Positions 51,209 to 60,837 of a DNA stretch of 64,000 nt are shown piece after piece. The stretch is from an uncultured Collinsella sp. (GTDB lineage: Bacteria; Actinomycetota; Coriobacteriia; Coriobacteriales; Coriobacteriaceae). Where the stretch lies: assembly GCA_958407545.1 (NCBI GenBank), contig CATYJA010000002.1, forward strand, positions 277-64,276, given 5' to 3'. Both the position numbers and the translations under genes were made by a program. The notes beneath the pieces were generated by a model. It made no database searches. It saw only the letters and a program-made list of their open reading frames with translations, and had not been told where the DNA came from. How positions within the stretch are numbered: position 1 is the first letter of the stretch; every line of letters starts with the position of its first letter.

Positions 51209-53305
51209 ATGGCAGACGCTAAGGATTTCCTGTTTGAGATCGGTACGGAGGAAATGCCCTCTGCACCGCTGAACAATGCCGTCAAGCAGCTTGGCACCAT
51301 GATTGCCAAGGGTCTCGACGAGGCCGGTCTGGCCCACGGCGAGGTCCGCGTGATCTCGAGCCCGCGCCGCCTGGCTGCGCTCGTTGCCGACGTCGCCACC
51401 GCGACCGATGAGGTTCACGAGGTCAAGCGCGGCCCCGCGGCCAACATCGCCTTCGATGCCGACGGTAACGCCACCAAGGCCGCCCAGGGCTTCGCCCGCA
51501 AGTGCGGTGTGGCTGCCGAGGACCTGGTCCGTCGCGAGGACACCGACGGCCGTGAGTACGTCTTTGCCGAAAAGAACATTCCTTCCGCCCCGGCCACCCC
51601 GATCCTGACGGCCCTGTGCGAGAAGACTATCGCCGGCCTGCAGTGGCCCAACTACCGCTCTCAGCGCTGGGGCCACGAGCATGCCGCGTTCGTGCGTCCG
51701 GTCCGCTGGATCTGCTGCCTTTTGGGCGAGGACGTCGTGCCCGTGTCGTTTGCCGACGTGACGAGCGGCAACACCACGCGTGGTCATCGCGTGCTTGGCC
51801 CCGGTGACCATGTGGTCGCTAGCCCTGCCGTCTACGAGCAGGTGCTCGAGGATGCCGGCGTGCTTTCTGCCGAGCGCCGTCGCGAGGCCATCCTTGCCGG
51901 CATCGCCGAGGTCGAGGCTGCGCGCCCCGGCTGCCATGTCGATACGCCCAAGAAGGTCTTTGAGGAGGTCATCAACCTCTGCGAGTGGCCGACGGTGCTT
52001 GTCGGTACCTTCGACGAGGAGTTCCTCAAGGTCCCGCACGAGATCATCTGCGAGTCTATGCTCACCAACCAGCGCTACTTCCCGATCTATGACGGCGAGG
52101 GCAAGCTGACGCGTGAGTTCGTGGTCGTCTCCAACAGTAAGCCCGAGAATGCCGAGCGCGTGATCGACGGCAACGAGCGCGTTGTGCGCGCCCGCCTGGA
52201 TGACGCCAAGTTCTTCTACGAGGAGGATCTGAAGATCTCCCTCGACGAGTTCCGTGAGCGTCTGGCCAAGGTCGCCTTCCAGGAGAAGCTCGGCAGCGTG
52301 CTCGCCAAGTCCGAGCGTATTGAGCAGCTTGCGCTCGCTATTGCCCGCGAGGCTCACCTGGGTGCCCATCTTGCCGCTGACGCTGCTCGCGCCGCGCACC
52401 TGTGCAAGGCCGACTTGGTATCCAACGCCGTCGTCGAGTTCACGAGCCAGCAGGGCGTGATGGGCGGTTACTACGCCACCGCGATGGGGGAGAACGACGA
52501 GGTCGCCCACGCCATTCGCGATCATTATCGTCCCCGCTTTGCCGGTGACGAGCTGCCCGAGGGCACCGCTGGCTGCATCGTGGCCTGCGCCGACAAGCTC
52601 GATACCATCGCCGGTATCTTTGCCATTGGCGAGCCCCCGACCGGCTCCTCCGACCCCTACGCGCTGCGTCGTGCCGCTATCGGCATCATCAACATCCTGC
52701 GCGACCGTCTGCCGATCGACCCCACATCGCTCATCGACTTCGCCCTCGAGCTCTATAGTGAGCAGGGCATTGAGTTCGACGCCGCCGAGGTCGCTCAGCA
52801 GGTTCGTGACTTCTTCCATGGCCGCCTGGTGAGCATGGCCCGCGACGAAAAGATCCCGGCCGATACCGTTGCCGCCGTCTCTGCGGTGCACATCATCGCC
52901 CCGTCCGTCTTCTTCGCCCGCTGCGCCGCCCTCGACGAGGCCCGCAAGAACGACGCCGAGACGTTCGACAACCTTGCGACCGCCTATGCTCGCGCTGCGC
53001 ATATCTCCAAGCCCGAGCTGGGCGTGGAGTACGACCGCAGCCTGATGGGCGAGGTCGAGCTCGCGCTTGCCGATGCCTCCGAGGCTGCTCAGACCGCTGT
53101 AGATGCCGCCCTCGCTGCTGAGGATTACCCGTCCGCATTTGCTGCCCTCGCCGCCCTGCGCGCGCCCATCGACCGTTTCTTCGACGAGGTTATGGTCATG
53201 GACAAGGACGAGCAGCTCCGCGATAATCGCCTTAAGCTGCTCAACCGCTTCGAGGCCGTTTTCTCCGGCATCGCCAACATCGGTGAGCTTGCCCGCAAAA
53301 AGTAA
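51209..53305 (+). CDS. glyS: Glycyl-tRNA synthetase beta subunit
   Basis: LFEIGTEEMP, SPRRLA, FVRPVRW, RARLDDAKFF and TGSSDPYALRR. Confidence 0.97.
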   Translation: MADAKDFLFEIGTEEMPSAPLNNAVKQLGTMIAKGLDEAGLAHGEVRVISSPRRLAALVADVATATDEVHEVKRGPAANIAFDADGNATKAAQGFARKCGVAAEDLVRREDTDGREYVFAEKNIPSAPATPILTALCEKTIAGLQWPNYRSQRWGHEHAAFVRPVRWICCLLGEDVVPVSFADVTSGNTTRGHRVLGPGDHVVASPAVYEQVLEDAGVLSAERRREAILAGIAEVEAARPGCHVDTPKKVFEEVINLCEWPTVLVGTFDEEFLKVPHEIICESMLTNQRYFPIYDGEGKLTREFVVVSNSKPENAERVIDGNERVVRARLDDAKFFYEEDLKISLDEFRERLAKVAFQEKLGSVLAKSERIEQLALAIAREAHLGAHLAADAARAAHLCKADLVSNAVVEFTSQQGVMGGYYATAMGENDEVAHAIRDHYRPRFAGDELPEGTAGCIVACADKLDTIAGIFAIGEPPTGSSDPYALRRAAIGIINILRDRLPIDPTSLIDFALELYSEQGIEFDAAEVAQQVRDFFHGRLVSMARDEKIPADTVAAVSAVHIIAPSVFFARCAALDEARKNDAETFDNLATAYARAAHISKPELGVEYDRSLMGEVELALADASEAAQTAVDAALAAEDYPSAFAALAALRAPIDRFFDEVMVMDKDEQLRDNRLKLLNRFEAVFSGIANIGELARKK

Positions 53306-53339
53306 GCCAGCCTGCGCATAAGCGCAAAAGGAGCCCCGC

Positions 53340-54206
53340 ATGGATTGCCCGGTCACCGCTCGTCCCACCGTTATCGTTATCTCCGATTCACTCGGCGATA
53401 CCGCTTGTGAGGTGGTGCTTGCGGCGTCCGGGCAATTTGATGAAGGGGCTTTTCATCTCTTGCGCCTGCCCAAGGTGAACTCTGTGGAGCAGGTTAAATC
53501 GTTTGTGGGCCCGCGCGTTGATGCGGACCATCGCGATATTGCCGTGTTCCATACCATTGTCGACCCGGCGCTACGTGCTCGTGTGCTCGATTACCTTGGT
53601 ATGTTGCATATTCGCTCGGTCGACCTGATTGGCCCGACGCTCGCCGTGCTGTCGTCGCTTATCGGTGTGTCGCCCAAGGGCGTCGCGGGCGTGATTCACA
53701 GGACCGATGACCGCTATTTCCATCGTATCGAGGCCATGGAGTATTTTGTTGAGCACGATGATGGGCGCGGTTGCGACGATCTGTCAGGTGCCGATATCGT
53801 GCTGCTGGGCGTATCGCGCACATCCAAGACGCCGCTGTCGATGTATCTGGCCTATCAAGGTTACAAGGTTGCCAATGTTCCGTTGGCCCATGGCATGGAG
53901 CCGCCAAAGTCGATTTACGAGGTTGACCCGATGCGCCTGTTCGGCCTGATTTCGACCGTCGATGTGATTTCCGAAATTCGCGATAGCCGCTTGGGCAATG
54001 ACTACGCTCGTGCCGTTGCCGGCTCCTATGCCGAGCCCGAGAGCGTGCACAGCGAGCTCGAGGAAGCCCGTGCGCTCATGAAGCGCCTAGGCTGCTTTGT
54101 GGTACGTACCGACGGCAAGGCCATCGAGGAGAGCGCCTCCGAGATCATCAGCCACTTGGAGGAAATCCAAGAAGCCCGTGCCCGCCGCGCCGCCCGTCGA
54201 ACCTAA
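53340..54206 (+). CDS. Pyruvate, phosphate dikinase regulatory kinase/pyrophosphorylase (DUF299)
   Basis: ISDSLGDT, YFHRIEAMEY...HDDG and GVSRTSKTPLS. Confidence 0.93.
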   Translation: MDCPVTARPTVIVISDSLGDTACEVVLAASGQFDEGAFHLLRLPKVNSVEQVKSFVGPRVDADHRDIAVFHTIVDPALRARVLDYLGMLHIRSVDLIGPTLAVLSSLIGVSPKGVAGVIHRTDDRYFHRIEAMEYFVEHDDGRGCDDLSGADIVLLGVSRTSKTPLSMYLAYQGYKVANVPLAHGMEPPKSIYEVDPMRLFGLISTVDVISEIRDSRLGNDYARAVAGSYAEPESVHSELEEARALMKRLGCFVVRTDGKAIEESASEIISHLEEIQEARARRAARRT

Positions 54207-54351
54207 TAGTAGCAGCATTTTGATAAAGCGATTTAGCAAAAATATCGCATCTGACCTGCACTTTCTTACAGTGATATCTTCATAAGGTAACCACCTTTAC
54301 CTACCGTTTACCGCCAGTTTTAGCACGTTTACCAAACCGCGCACCCTCTGC

Positions 54352-54380
54352 TTAAGCCTGCTCAAAACCCGCCGTATAGT
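54352..54380 (+). promoter_or_regulatory. Putative ppdK promoter
   Basis: TTAAGC-17 bp-TATAGT, preceded by phased TTTACC repeats. Confidence 0.45.
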
Positions 54381-54455
54381 TCCCTCACGGCCCGCATCTG
54401 ACGGGTCGATTCGTTACCACGGTCGTGCGCGTAAGCGCATGGAAGGGGAAGTATC

Positions 54456-57206
54456 GTGAGCGATTGCAAGAGGGTTTACCGTTTTGGAACCGACGCCCAG
54501 GGCACCTGTGTCACCGAGGGCGACAAGTCCATGAACTTCGTGCTTGGCGGCAAGGGCGCTAACCTTGCCGAGATGAGCCGTATCGGCCTGCCGGTTCCCG
54601 GTGGCTTTACCATTACCTGCCAGACTTGCGTCGAGTACTTCGGTGCCGGCAACGTGTGGCCCGAGGGCGCACTCGATGAGATCGTTGCCGCCGAGGCAGA
54701 CCTCGAGGTCCGCTGCGGCAAAAAGCTCGGCGACGCCTCCGATCCGCTGCTCGTGTCGGTTCGCTCGGGCGCTCCGTTCTCCATGCCCGGTATGATGGAC
54801 ACGGTCCTCAACTTGGGCCTCAATGACGATTCCGTCCAGGGCCTCATCGCGCAGACGCAGAACCCGCGTTTTGCCTGGGATAGCTACCGCCGCTTTATCC
54901 AGATGTTTTCCAATGTCGTCATGGGCGTTGATGCCGACCTGTTCGAGAACGCCCTGACCCAGGCCCGTCTGGTCGCCGGCGTTCGCGTCGATTCCGAGCT
55001 TTCGGCCGAGGACCTGCAGGAACTCGTCGAGACCTTTAAGGGCATCTTCTCCGAGAACGTCGATGCCTCCCTGTATCCCGAGCTCGAGGTCGCTGACGGC
55101 AAGCCCGTTTTCCCGCACGACCCGGAGCTTCAGCTACGCCTTGCAATCCAGGCCGTCTTTGGCAGCTGGATGAACGAGCGTGCCTGCATCTACCGCAAGC
55201 AGCATGGCATTTCCGACGACCTCGGCACCGCCGTCAACGTGCAGGCCATGGCCTTTGGCAACAAGGGCGAGACCTCTGCGACGGGCGTCGCCTTTACGCG
55301 TAATCCGGCCGACGGCACCAAGGAGTTCTACGGTGACTTTTTGGTTAATGCCCAGGGCGAGGACGTCGTCGCCGGTATCCGCAACACCGAACCCATCGCC
55401 GACCTCAAGACCACCCCGGGCCTCGAGTCCGCAGGTGAGGGGCTCGAGCGCGTGTTCCTGACGCTCGAGGATCATTACCGCGATATGTGCGATATCGAGT
55501 TCACCATCGAGCAGGGCAAGCTCTGGATGCTCCAGACCCGCGTGGGCAAGCGTACTGCCACCGCCGCCCTGCGCATCGCCATCGAAATGGTCGAGGAAGG
55601 CCTGATCACCCGCGAAGAGGCCGTGAGCCGTATCGATCCCGCGCAACTCGACCAGCTCCTTCACCCGCAGTTTGACGCCTCCAAGAAGTACGAGGCTCTC
55701 GCCAGCGGTCTTAATGCCAGCCCCGGTGCCGCCGTGGGCGAGGTCGTGTTCTCGAGCGACGACGCTGTCGCGCGTTCCGCCGAGGGTCACAAGGTCATTC
55801 TGGTTCGTTGGGAGACCAACCCCGACGACCTGAAGGGCATGGTCGCCGCCGAGGGCATCCTGACCAGCCACGGTGGCAAGACGAGCCATGCCGCCGTTAT
55901 CGCCCGCGGCATGGGTACGCCCTGCGTCTGCGGCGTTGAGCGCTTCCACATCGACGCCGCCGAGAAGGTCGTGCGCATCGAGGGCAGCGACCGCGTATTG
56001 AACGAGGGCGATGTCATCTCCATCGACGGCACCCAGGGCATCGTCGTCGACGGTCCCGTCGACCTGGTCTCCGCCGAGCTTACCGGCGACCTGGACACCA
56101 TCCTGTCCTGGGCCGACGAGATTCGCCTGGACGAGACCTGTGGCCATGCCAACCATGTGCGCGTCAACGCCGACAATCCCGAGGATGCCGAGCTCGCCCT
56201 CGAGTTTGGCGCCGAGGCTATTGGCCTGTGCCGCACCGAGCACATGTTCCTGGGCGATCGCAAGAACATCATCCAGAGCTTTATCCTGTCTGACGATGAG
56301 GCCGTGAAGCAGCAGGCCCTGGCCGACCTGCTCAAGGTTCAGACCGAGGACTTCCTGGCGATGTTCAAGACCATGTCCGGTCGCGATGTGGTCGTCCGCC
56401 TGCTCGATCCGCCGCTTCATGAGTTCCTGGATAATCCTCGCGAGCTCGAGGTCGCCATCACCAAGAAGGAAGCCGCCGGCGCCAGCGAGGAAGAGCTTGC
56501 AGCCCTGCGCGCCCGCCTGCGTCGTATCGACGGCATGGTCGAGTCCAACCCGATGCTCGGCCTGCGCGGTGTGCGCCTGTCCGTCGTCTTTAGCGATCTG
56601 CCGCTCATGCAGGTTCGCGCTGTCGCCACGGCTGCTGCCCGCCTCATCAAGGAAGGCGTCGACCCGCGCCCCGAGATCATGGTTCCGCTCGTTTCCATCA
56701 CGGCCGAGCATGTCCAGACGCGCGAGGTCATCGAGCGTGTCATCGCCGAGGTATCCGCCGAGGAGGGCGTCGAGCTCAACATTCCCGTGGGCACGATGCT
56801 CGAGCTGCCGCGTGCCTGCATGGTTGCCGACGAGATCGCCCATCATGCCGACTTCTTCTGCTTTGGCACCAACGACCTCACGCAGACGACCTTCGGCTTC
56901 TCCCGCGACGACGCCGAGGCCAAGTTCATCCCGCTGTACATGCACAAGAAGATCTTGAAGAACAACCCCTTCGAGACCATCGACTCGGCGGTACTCGAGC
57001 TGGTGCGCATGGCCGTCGAGAAGGGTCGCGCCACCAATCCCGACATGCACTTTGGCGTGTGCGGCGAGCACGGCGGCGACCCCAAGTCCATCAAGGGCCT
57101 GTTTAACGTGGCCGACGTGGATTACGTGTCCTGCTCGCCCTATCGCGTACCCCTCGCACGTCTTGCGGCCGCCCAGGCCAAGCTCGAGGCCAAGCGTTCC
57201 GCCTAA
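54456..57206 (+). CDS. ppdK: Pyruvate, phosphate dikinase
   Basis: LGGKGANLAEM, SVRSGA..SMPGMMDT, GGKTSHAAV (phospho-His), GLCRTEHMF and VCGEHGG. Confidence 0.98.
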   Translation: MSDCKRVYRFGTDAQGTCVTEGDKSMNFVLGGKGANLAEMSRIGLPVPGGFTITCQTCVEYFGAGNVWPEGALDEIVAAEADLEVRCGKKLGDASDPLLVSVRSGAPFSMPGMMDTVLNLGLNDDSVQGLIAQTQNPRFAWDSYRRFIQMFSNVVMGVDADLFENALTQARLVAGVRVDSELSAEDLQELVETFKGIFSENVDASLYPELEVADGKPVFPHDPELQLRLAIQAVFGSWMNERACIYRKQHGISDDLGTAVNVQAMAFGNKGETSATGVAFTRNPADGTKEFYGDFLVNAQGEDVVAGIRNTEPIADLKTTPGLESAGEGLERVFLTLEDHYRDMCDIEFTIEQGKLWMLQTRVGKRTATAALRIAIEMVEEGLITREEAVSRIDPAQLDQLLHPQFDASKKYEALASGLNASPGAAVGEVVFSSDDAVARSAEGHKVILVRWETNPDDLKGMVAAEGILTSHGGKTSHAAVIARGMGTPCVCGVERFHIDAAEKVVRIEGSDRVLNEGDVISIDGTQGIVVDGPVDLVSAELTGDLDTILSWADEIRLDETCGHANHVRVNADNPEDAELALEFGAEAIGLCRTEHMFLGDRKNIIQSFILSDDEAVKQQALADLLKVQTEDFLAMFKTMSGRDVVVRLLDPPLHEFLDNPRELEVAITKKEAAGASEEELAALRARLRRIDGMVESNPMLGLRGVRLSVVFSDLPLMQVRAVATAAARLIKEGVDPRPEIMVPLVSITAEHVQTREVIERVIAEVSAEEGVELNIPVGTMLELPRACMVADEIAHHADFFCFGTNDLTQTTFGFSRDDAEAKFIPLYMHKKILKNNPFETIDSAVLELVRMAVEKGRATNPDMHFGVCGEHGGDPKSIKGLFNVADVDYVSCSPYRVPLARLAAAQAKLEAKRSA

Positions 57207-57244
57207 CGTTTTGGGCGTAGACGCCTAGTGTAGCCCCCCTCATG

Positions 57245-57274
57245 CCGCCCGTCTCATTTGTGAGACGGGCGGTT
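57245..57274 (+). terminator. Hairpin after ppdK
   Basis: CCGCCCGTCTCA-TTTG-TGAGACGGGCGG followed by TT. Confidence 0.65.
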
Positions 57275-57415
57275 ATCATGTGCGGGTTTTGTCTTTTTGT
57301 CTGCGTAAAAAATTGTTCTTGCAGCAGAAACCCGCGCGTGTATACTCGAATACGTTTGTTCAACTACGTGCCGGCCATGGTGGTACGGCACCTCTAGAAG
57401 AGTAAGGAATTGCAC

Positions 57416-57757
57416 ATGGATTACATCCGCGCAATCGAGCGTCAGCAGATCCGCGAGGACATTCCTCAGGTTCGCGTCGCCGACAACGTCAAGGTTCACT
57501 ACCGCATTAAGGAAGGCGACCGCGAGCGCATCCAGGTCTTCCAGGGCGACGTCATCCGCATGGCCGGCGCCGGTGCCCGCGAGACCTTCACCGTCCGCAA
57601 GATGTCCTTCGGTGTCGGTGTTGAGCGTACCTTCCCGCTTCACAGCCCCAAGATCGCCAAGCTCGAGGTCGTTCGTCATGGTCGCGTCCGTCGCGCCAAG
57701 CTGTACTACCTCCGCGACAAGGTGGGCAAGGCTGCTCGCATCCCCGAGAAGCGCTAA
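57416..57757 (+). CDS. rplS: 50S ribosomal protein L19
   Basis: [27 protein letters not shown] and [10 protein letters not shown]; promoter candidate TTGCAG-16-TATACT at 57319-57346. Confidence 0.98.
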   Translation: MDYIRAIERQQIREDIPQVRVADNVKVHYRIKEGDRERIQVFQGDVIRMAGAGARETFTVRKMSFGVGVERTFPLHSPKIAKLEVVRHGRVRRAKLYYLRDKVGKAARIPEKR

Positions 57758-57791
57758 GAAGATCGCAGCGTCTGTCCACTCGTTTGGACGT

Positions 57792-57821
57792 AAGGGTCAC
57801 CTTCGGGTGGCCCTTCTTTTT
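57792..57821 (+). terminator. Terminator after rplS
   Basis: AAGGGTCACC-TTCG-GGTGGCCCTT followed by CTTTTT. Confidence 0.8.
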
Positions 57822-57850
57822 ATCTGATTTGCATGCAAGGAGGGCCTGGT

Positions 57851-58639
57851 ATGGCCAATATGACGAGCTCGGTTTCGGCATCGCAGGTTGCCGGAGAGCT
57901 AGCGAGCGCAACGTTTGAGGAGATCCCCGCCCTCGTGGAGCATTATCGCGAGGACCCGCGCCAGCAGGTGATCAAGGCTTGTGAACGCGCCCTCAAACGC
58001 CATGCTAAGGAACTTGCCGAGCGCGAGCGCGTCAATGACATGTACGAGCTTATGCATGAGTTTGGCGGCGATGGGGTGGTCGTTGGTGTCGACGAGGTGG
58101 GTCGCGGATCGGTGGCCGGTCCCCTGACGGTGTGTGCCGTGTGCCTTCCCATGGAGCCGCGCGTCTGGGGCATCAACGATTCCAAAAAGCTCACGCCGGC
58201 GCGCCGCGAGTTGCTCTCAGTGAAGATTGCCGAGGTGGCGACGGCGATCGGTTTTTGCCATATCGCGCCTAAGGATATCGATGAGATGGGCATGGCCCGT
58301 GCTATCCGTACCGCCGTTGCGGGCGCCGTGGCCGATACGGGGCTCGAGCCCGATTGCGTGCTTATGGATGGCAACCCCTTGGGCGCCGTTCCTAACGAGC
58401 GCGATGTGGTGAAGGGCGATGCCAAGATCGCCTGCATCGCCGCGGCGTCCATCATGGCTAAGGTCACGCGTGACGAGATGATGGTCGAGTACGACGCCGA
58501 GTATCCCGAGTACCATCTGGCCGAGTCGAAGGGCTATGCAAGCCCCGAGCATATCGAGGCCATTCGCAAACATGGACTTTGTCCACTGCACCGCGTGAGC
58601 TTTTGCGGAAACTTTCTGCAGACTGAGCGCCTTTTCTAG
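57851..58639 (+). CDS. rnhB: Ribonuclease HII
   Basis: GVDEVGRG, NDSKKL, KGD...IAAASIMAKVTRD and KGY. Confidence 0.96.
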   Translation: MANMTSSVSASQVAGELASATFEEIPALVEHYREDPRQQVIKACERALKRHAKELAERERVNDMYELMHEFGGDGVVVGVDEVGRGSVAGPLTVCAVCLPMEPRVWGINDSKKLTPARRELLSVKIAEVATAIGFCHIAPKDIDEMGMARAIRTAVAGAVADTGLEPDCVLMDGNPLGAVPNERDVVKGDAKIACIAAASIMAKVTRDEMMVEYDAEYPEYHLAESKGYASPEHIEAIRKHGLCPLHRVSFCGNFLQTERLF

Positions 58640-58689
58640 GCTAATTGTGGAGACAGGGACCTCTGACGTTTTATAAACCTGCTGGTAGC

Positions 58690-58730
58690 GGGCCGTATAC
58701 AGCACCATTGCTGCGTACGGTCCTTTTTTT
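58690..58730 (+). terminator. Intrinsic terminator after rnhB
   Basis: GGGCCGTATACAGCA-CCAT-TGCTGCGTACGGTCC followed by T7. Confidence 0.8.
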
Positions 58731-58828
58731 GACGGCATTTGGTCAGCTTTTGGTTTGCTTCCTGTACTTACCCGCATGAAAGGTGCCCTCATCATCGGGG
58801 CAATGCAGCGTGCGGGAAAGGAGACCCC

Positions 58829-59314
58829 ATGAGTGCCGCAAGCAAAAAGAGTAAGACGCAGCAGCTCAAGGAGCGTTGGGAAAACGGCGAGCTCGACTGC
58901 GGGGCGATGACGCCCGAGTTTATCAAGGGACTCAGTCCCCGCGAGCTGGGCATGCTTGGCGAGCTGATCACCATCGACTACTTTAACGAGCGCGGCTACA
59001 CCTTGCTGGAGCAGGGCTATCGTTGCACCGAGGGCGAGGCCGACCTGGTGCTGCTCGATGAGCTCGACGATGTCGTGGTAATGGCCGAGGTCAAGACGAG
59101 ACGCGTCGCCCTGGATTGCACCACGCGGGTCTTTCCCGAGGAGGCCGTGGACGCCCAAAAGCAACGCCGCTACCGCCGCATCGCAAGCTGCTATCTCATG
59201 GAGCATTATCCGCTCAAGGCGATTCGCTTCGATGCCGTGGGCGTCACCATCCGCGGCGGGCATATCGCCGAGATCGAGCATCAGTACAACGCGTTCGATT
59301 GGCAGGTGTCGTGA
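58829..59314 (+). CDS. yraN: YraN-family nuclease with an N-terminal extension
   Basis: LG..GE, GEADLV, EVKTR, EAVD..KQ and RFDAV; SD AAAGGAG. Confidence 0.88.
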   Translation: MSAASKKSKTQQLKERWENGELDCGAMTPEFIKGLSPRELGMLGELITIDYFNERGYTLLEQGYRCTEGEADLVLLDELDDVVVMAEVKTRRVALDCTTRVFPEEAVDAQKQRRYRRIASCYLMEHYPLKAIRFDAVGVTIRGGHIAEIEHQYNAFDWQVS

Positions 59315-60837
59315 TGGCGTTCGAGACGTTTGCCGTTCACGCTGCCTGTATCCGCGGCGTCGAGGCGATTCCCGTCACGGTCGAGGTCTCGCTTGCCGGT
59401 GGCGTTCCGGGCATTCAGATGCTCGGTATTCCGAGTATGGAGGTGATGGAGTCACGCGGTCGTATTCGCTGCGCGATGCGCTCCGCCGGGTTCGAGATCC
59501 CACGCTCGGGCATTACGGTCAACCTGGCGCCCGGCGATATTCGCAAGACCGGTAGCGGCTTTGATCTGCCCATCGCCATCGCGGTTCTGGCGGCCGATGG
59601 GCAGATTCCCCGTGATAACCTCGATCGCTGCCTTATCGCCGGCGAGCTCGGCTTGGACGGTACGGTGCTTCCTGTCAAGGGCGAGGTAGCGTTTCAGCTA
59701 TTGGCTCGCGACATGGGGCTGTCTTTTATCGCCGGCAGGTCCGACCAGCATGTGCCACTCGCGGGCGTGGATTGCGGCTTTATCGATCATTTGTCTCAGC
59801 TTGCTCATGGTATGGGCGATGCCGCGCGGCACTACTTGGATTCCGAGGGCGTCGAGGCGACCTTTGAGCCTGAGCTCGACTATGCCGACGTGCTGGGGCA
59901 GGAAGTCGCTAAACGCGGCATGGCGCTTGCGGCGGCAGGAGAACTCGGCTTGCTCATGATCGGGTCTCCGGGATCGGGCAAGACGATGCTCGCACGCCGT
60001 ATGACCGGCATCCTGCCCGAGCTTTCCGTTGAGGATCAGCAGGAGGCACTGTGCATCCATTCGGTTTTGGGTGAGAACATTGATGGCTTGTTGGCGGGGC
60101 ACCGCCCCTTCCGCAGTCCCCACCACAGTATTTCGACCGCAGGCCTTATCGGCGGCGGGCGCCCGGTGCACCCGGGTGAGATCAGCCTTGCTCATGGCGG
60201 CGTGCTCTTTTTGGACGAGCTTGCCGAGTTTCCCACTGGCGTGCTGCAGACGCTGCGTCAGCCCATCGAGCGCGGCTATGTGAGGATCGTACGCGTCGAC
60301 GGGGCTTTTACCTTCCCGTCGCGCTTTCAGCTGCTGGCTGCGAGCAATCCCTGCCCCTGCGGCTTTTTGGGCGATCGCGAGGTGCCGTGTCGCTGCTCGG
60401 CGGCGATGGTCGAGCGCTATCGGTCTAAACTGCGCGGTCCTTTGGCTGACCGTATCGACATGATGATCGATGTGACCCGTCCCGACCCCCAAGTGATTAT
60501 CGAGGGTGCGGAGGGTATGTCGTCGGCCGAGTTACGTGACTACGTTGTGCGCGGTCGCGCCTTTCGCGCCTGGCGCGAGTCCCGTATGGACGATGCGGAT
60601 GCCGAGGCCGAGGATGACGAGACGCGGTCCATTGACGGCGTCGTTTCGACCTTTGAGCTCGATGATGCGGCGGAGAAGTGTGTGCTCGGCCTGTCGAAGC
60701 GCACGCATCTCACAGGGCGTGGCATCGTGCGCCTTGTTCGCATTGCGCGCACGATCGCAGATGTCGCCGAGAGCGAGCAGGTGACGCAGGACCACGTGCT
60801 CGAGGCGGCGATGTACCAGAGAAGGAGGGACCAATGA
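59314..60837 (+). CDS. comM: ComM/YifB Mg-chelatase-like AAA+ helicase
   Basis: VNLAPGD.RK.GS.FDLPIA, GSPGSGKT, PFRSPHH, LFLDE and NPCPCG. Confidence 0.93.
   Translation: MAFETFAVHAACIRGVEAIPVTVEVSLAGGVPGIQMLGIPSMEVMESRGRIRCAMRSAGFEIPRSGITVNLAPGDIRKTGSGFDLPIAIAVLAADGQIPRDNLDRCLIAGELGLDGTVLPVKGEVAFQLLARDMGLSFIAGRSDQHVPLAGVDCGFIDHLSQLAHGMGDAARHYLDSEGVEATFEPELDYADVLGQEVAKRGMALAAAGELGLLMIGSPGSGKTMLARRMTGILPELSVEDQQEALCIHSVLGENIDGLLAGHRPFRSPHHSISTAGLIGGGRPVHPGEISLAHGGVLFLDELAEFPTGVLQTLRQPIERGYVRIVRVDGAFTFPSRFQLLAASNPCPCGFLGDREVPCRCSAAMVERYRSKLRGPLADRIDMMIDVTRPDPQVIIEGAEGMSSAELRDYVVRGRAFRAWRESRMDDADAEAEDDETRSIDGVVSTFELDDAAEKCVLGLSKRTHLTGRGIVRLVRIARTIADVAESEQVTQDHVLEAAMYQRRRDQ

Noticed and set aside
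50303..53368. 1021-aa antisense ORF, and similar long shadow ORFs opposite ppdK, the radical SAM gene, rml, aro and istA
   Set aside because: They mirror well-supported genes. Strong GC3 bias removes stops from the antisense frame, and they show no motifs.
57350..57391. SOS-box-like GAACAAACGTAT (minus strand) and a small hairpin GTGCCG...CGGCAC before rplS
   Set aside because: Both are short, imperfect matches. An L19 leader or LexA site cannot be supported without comparative data.
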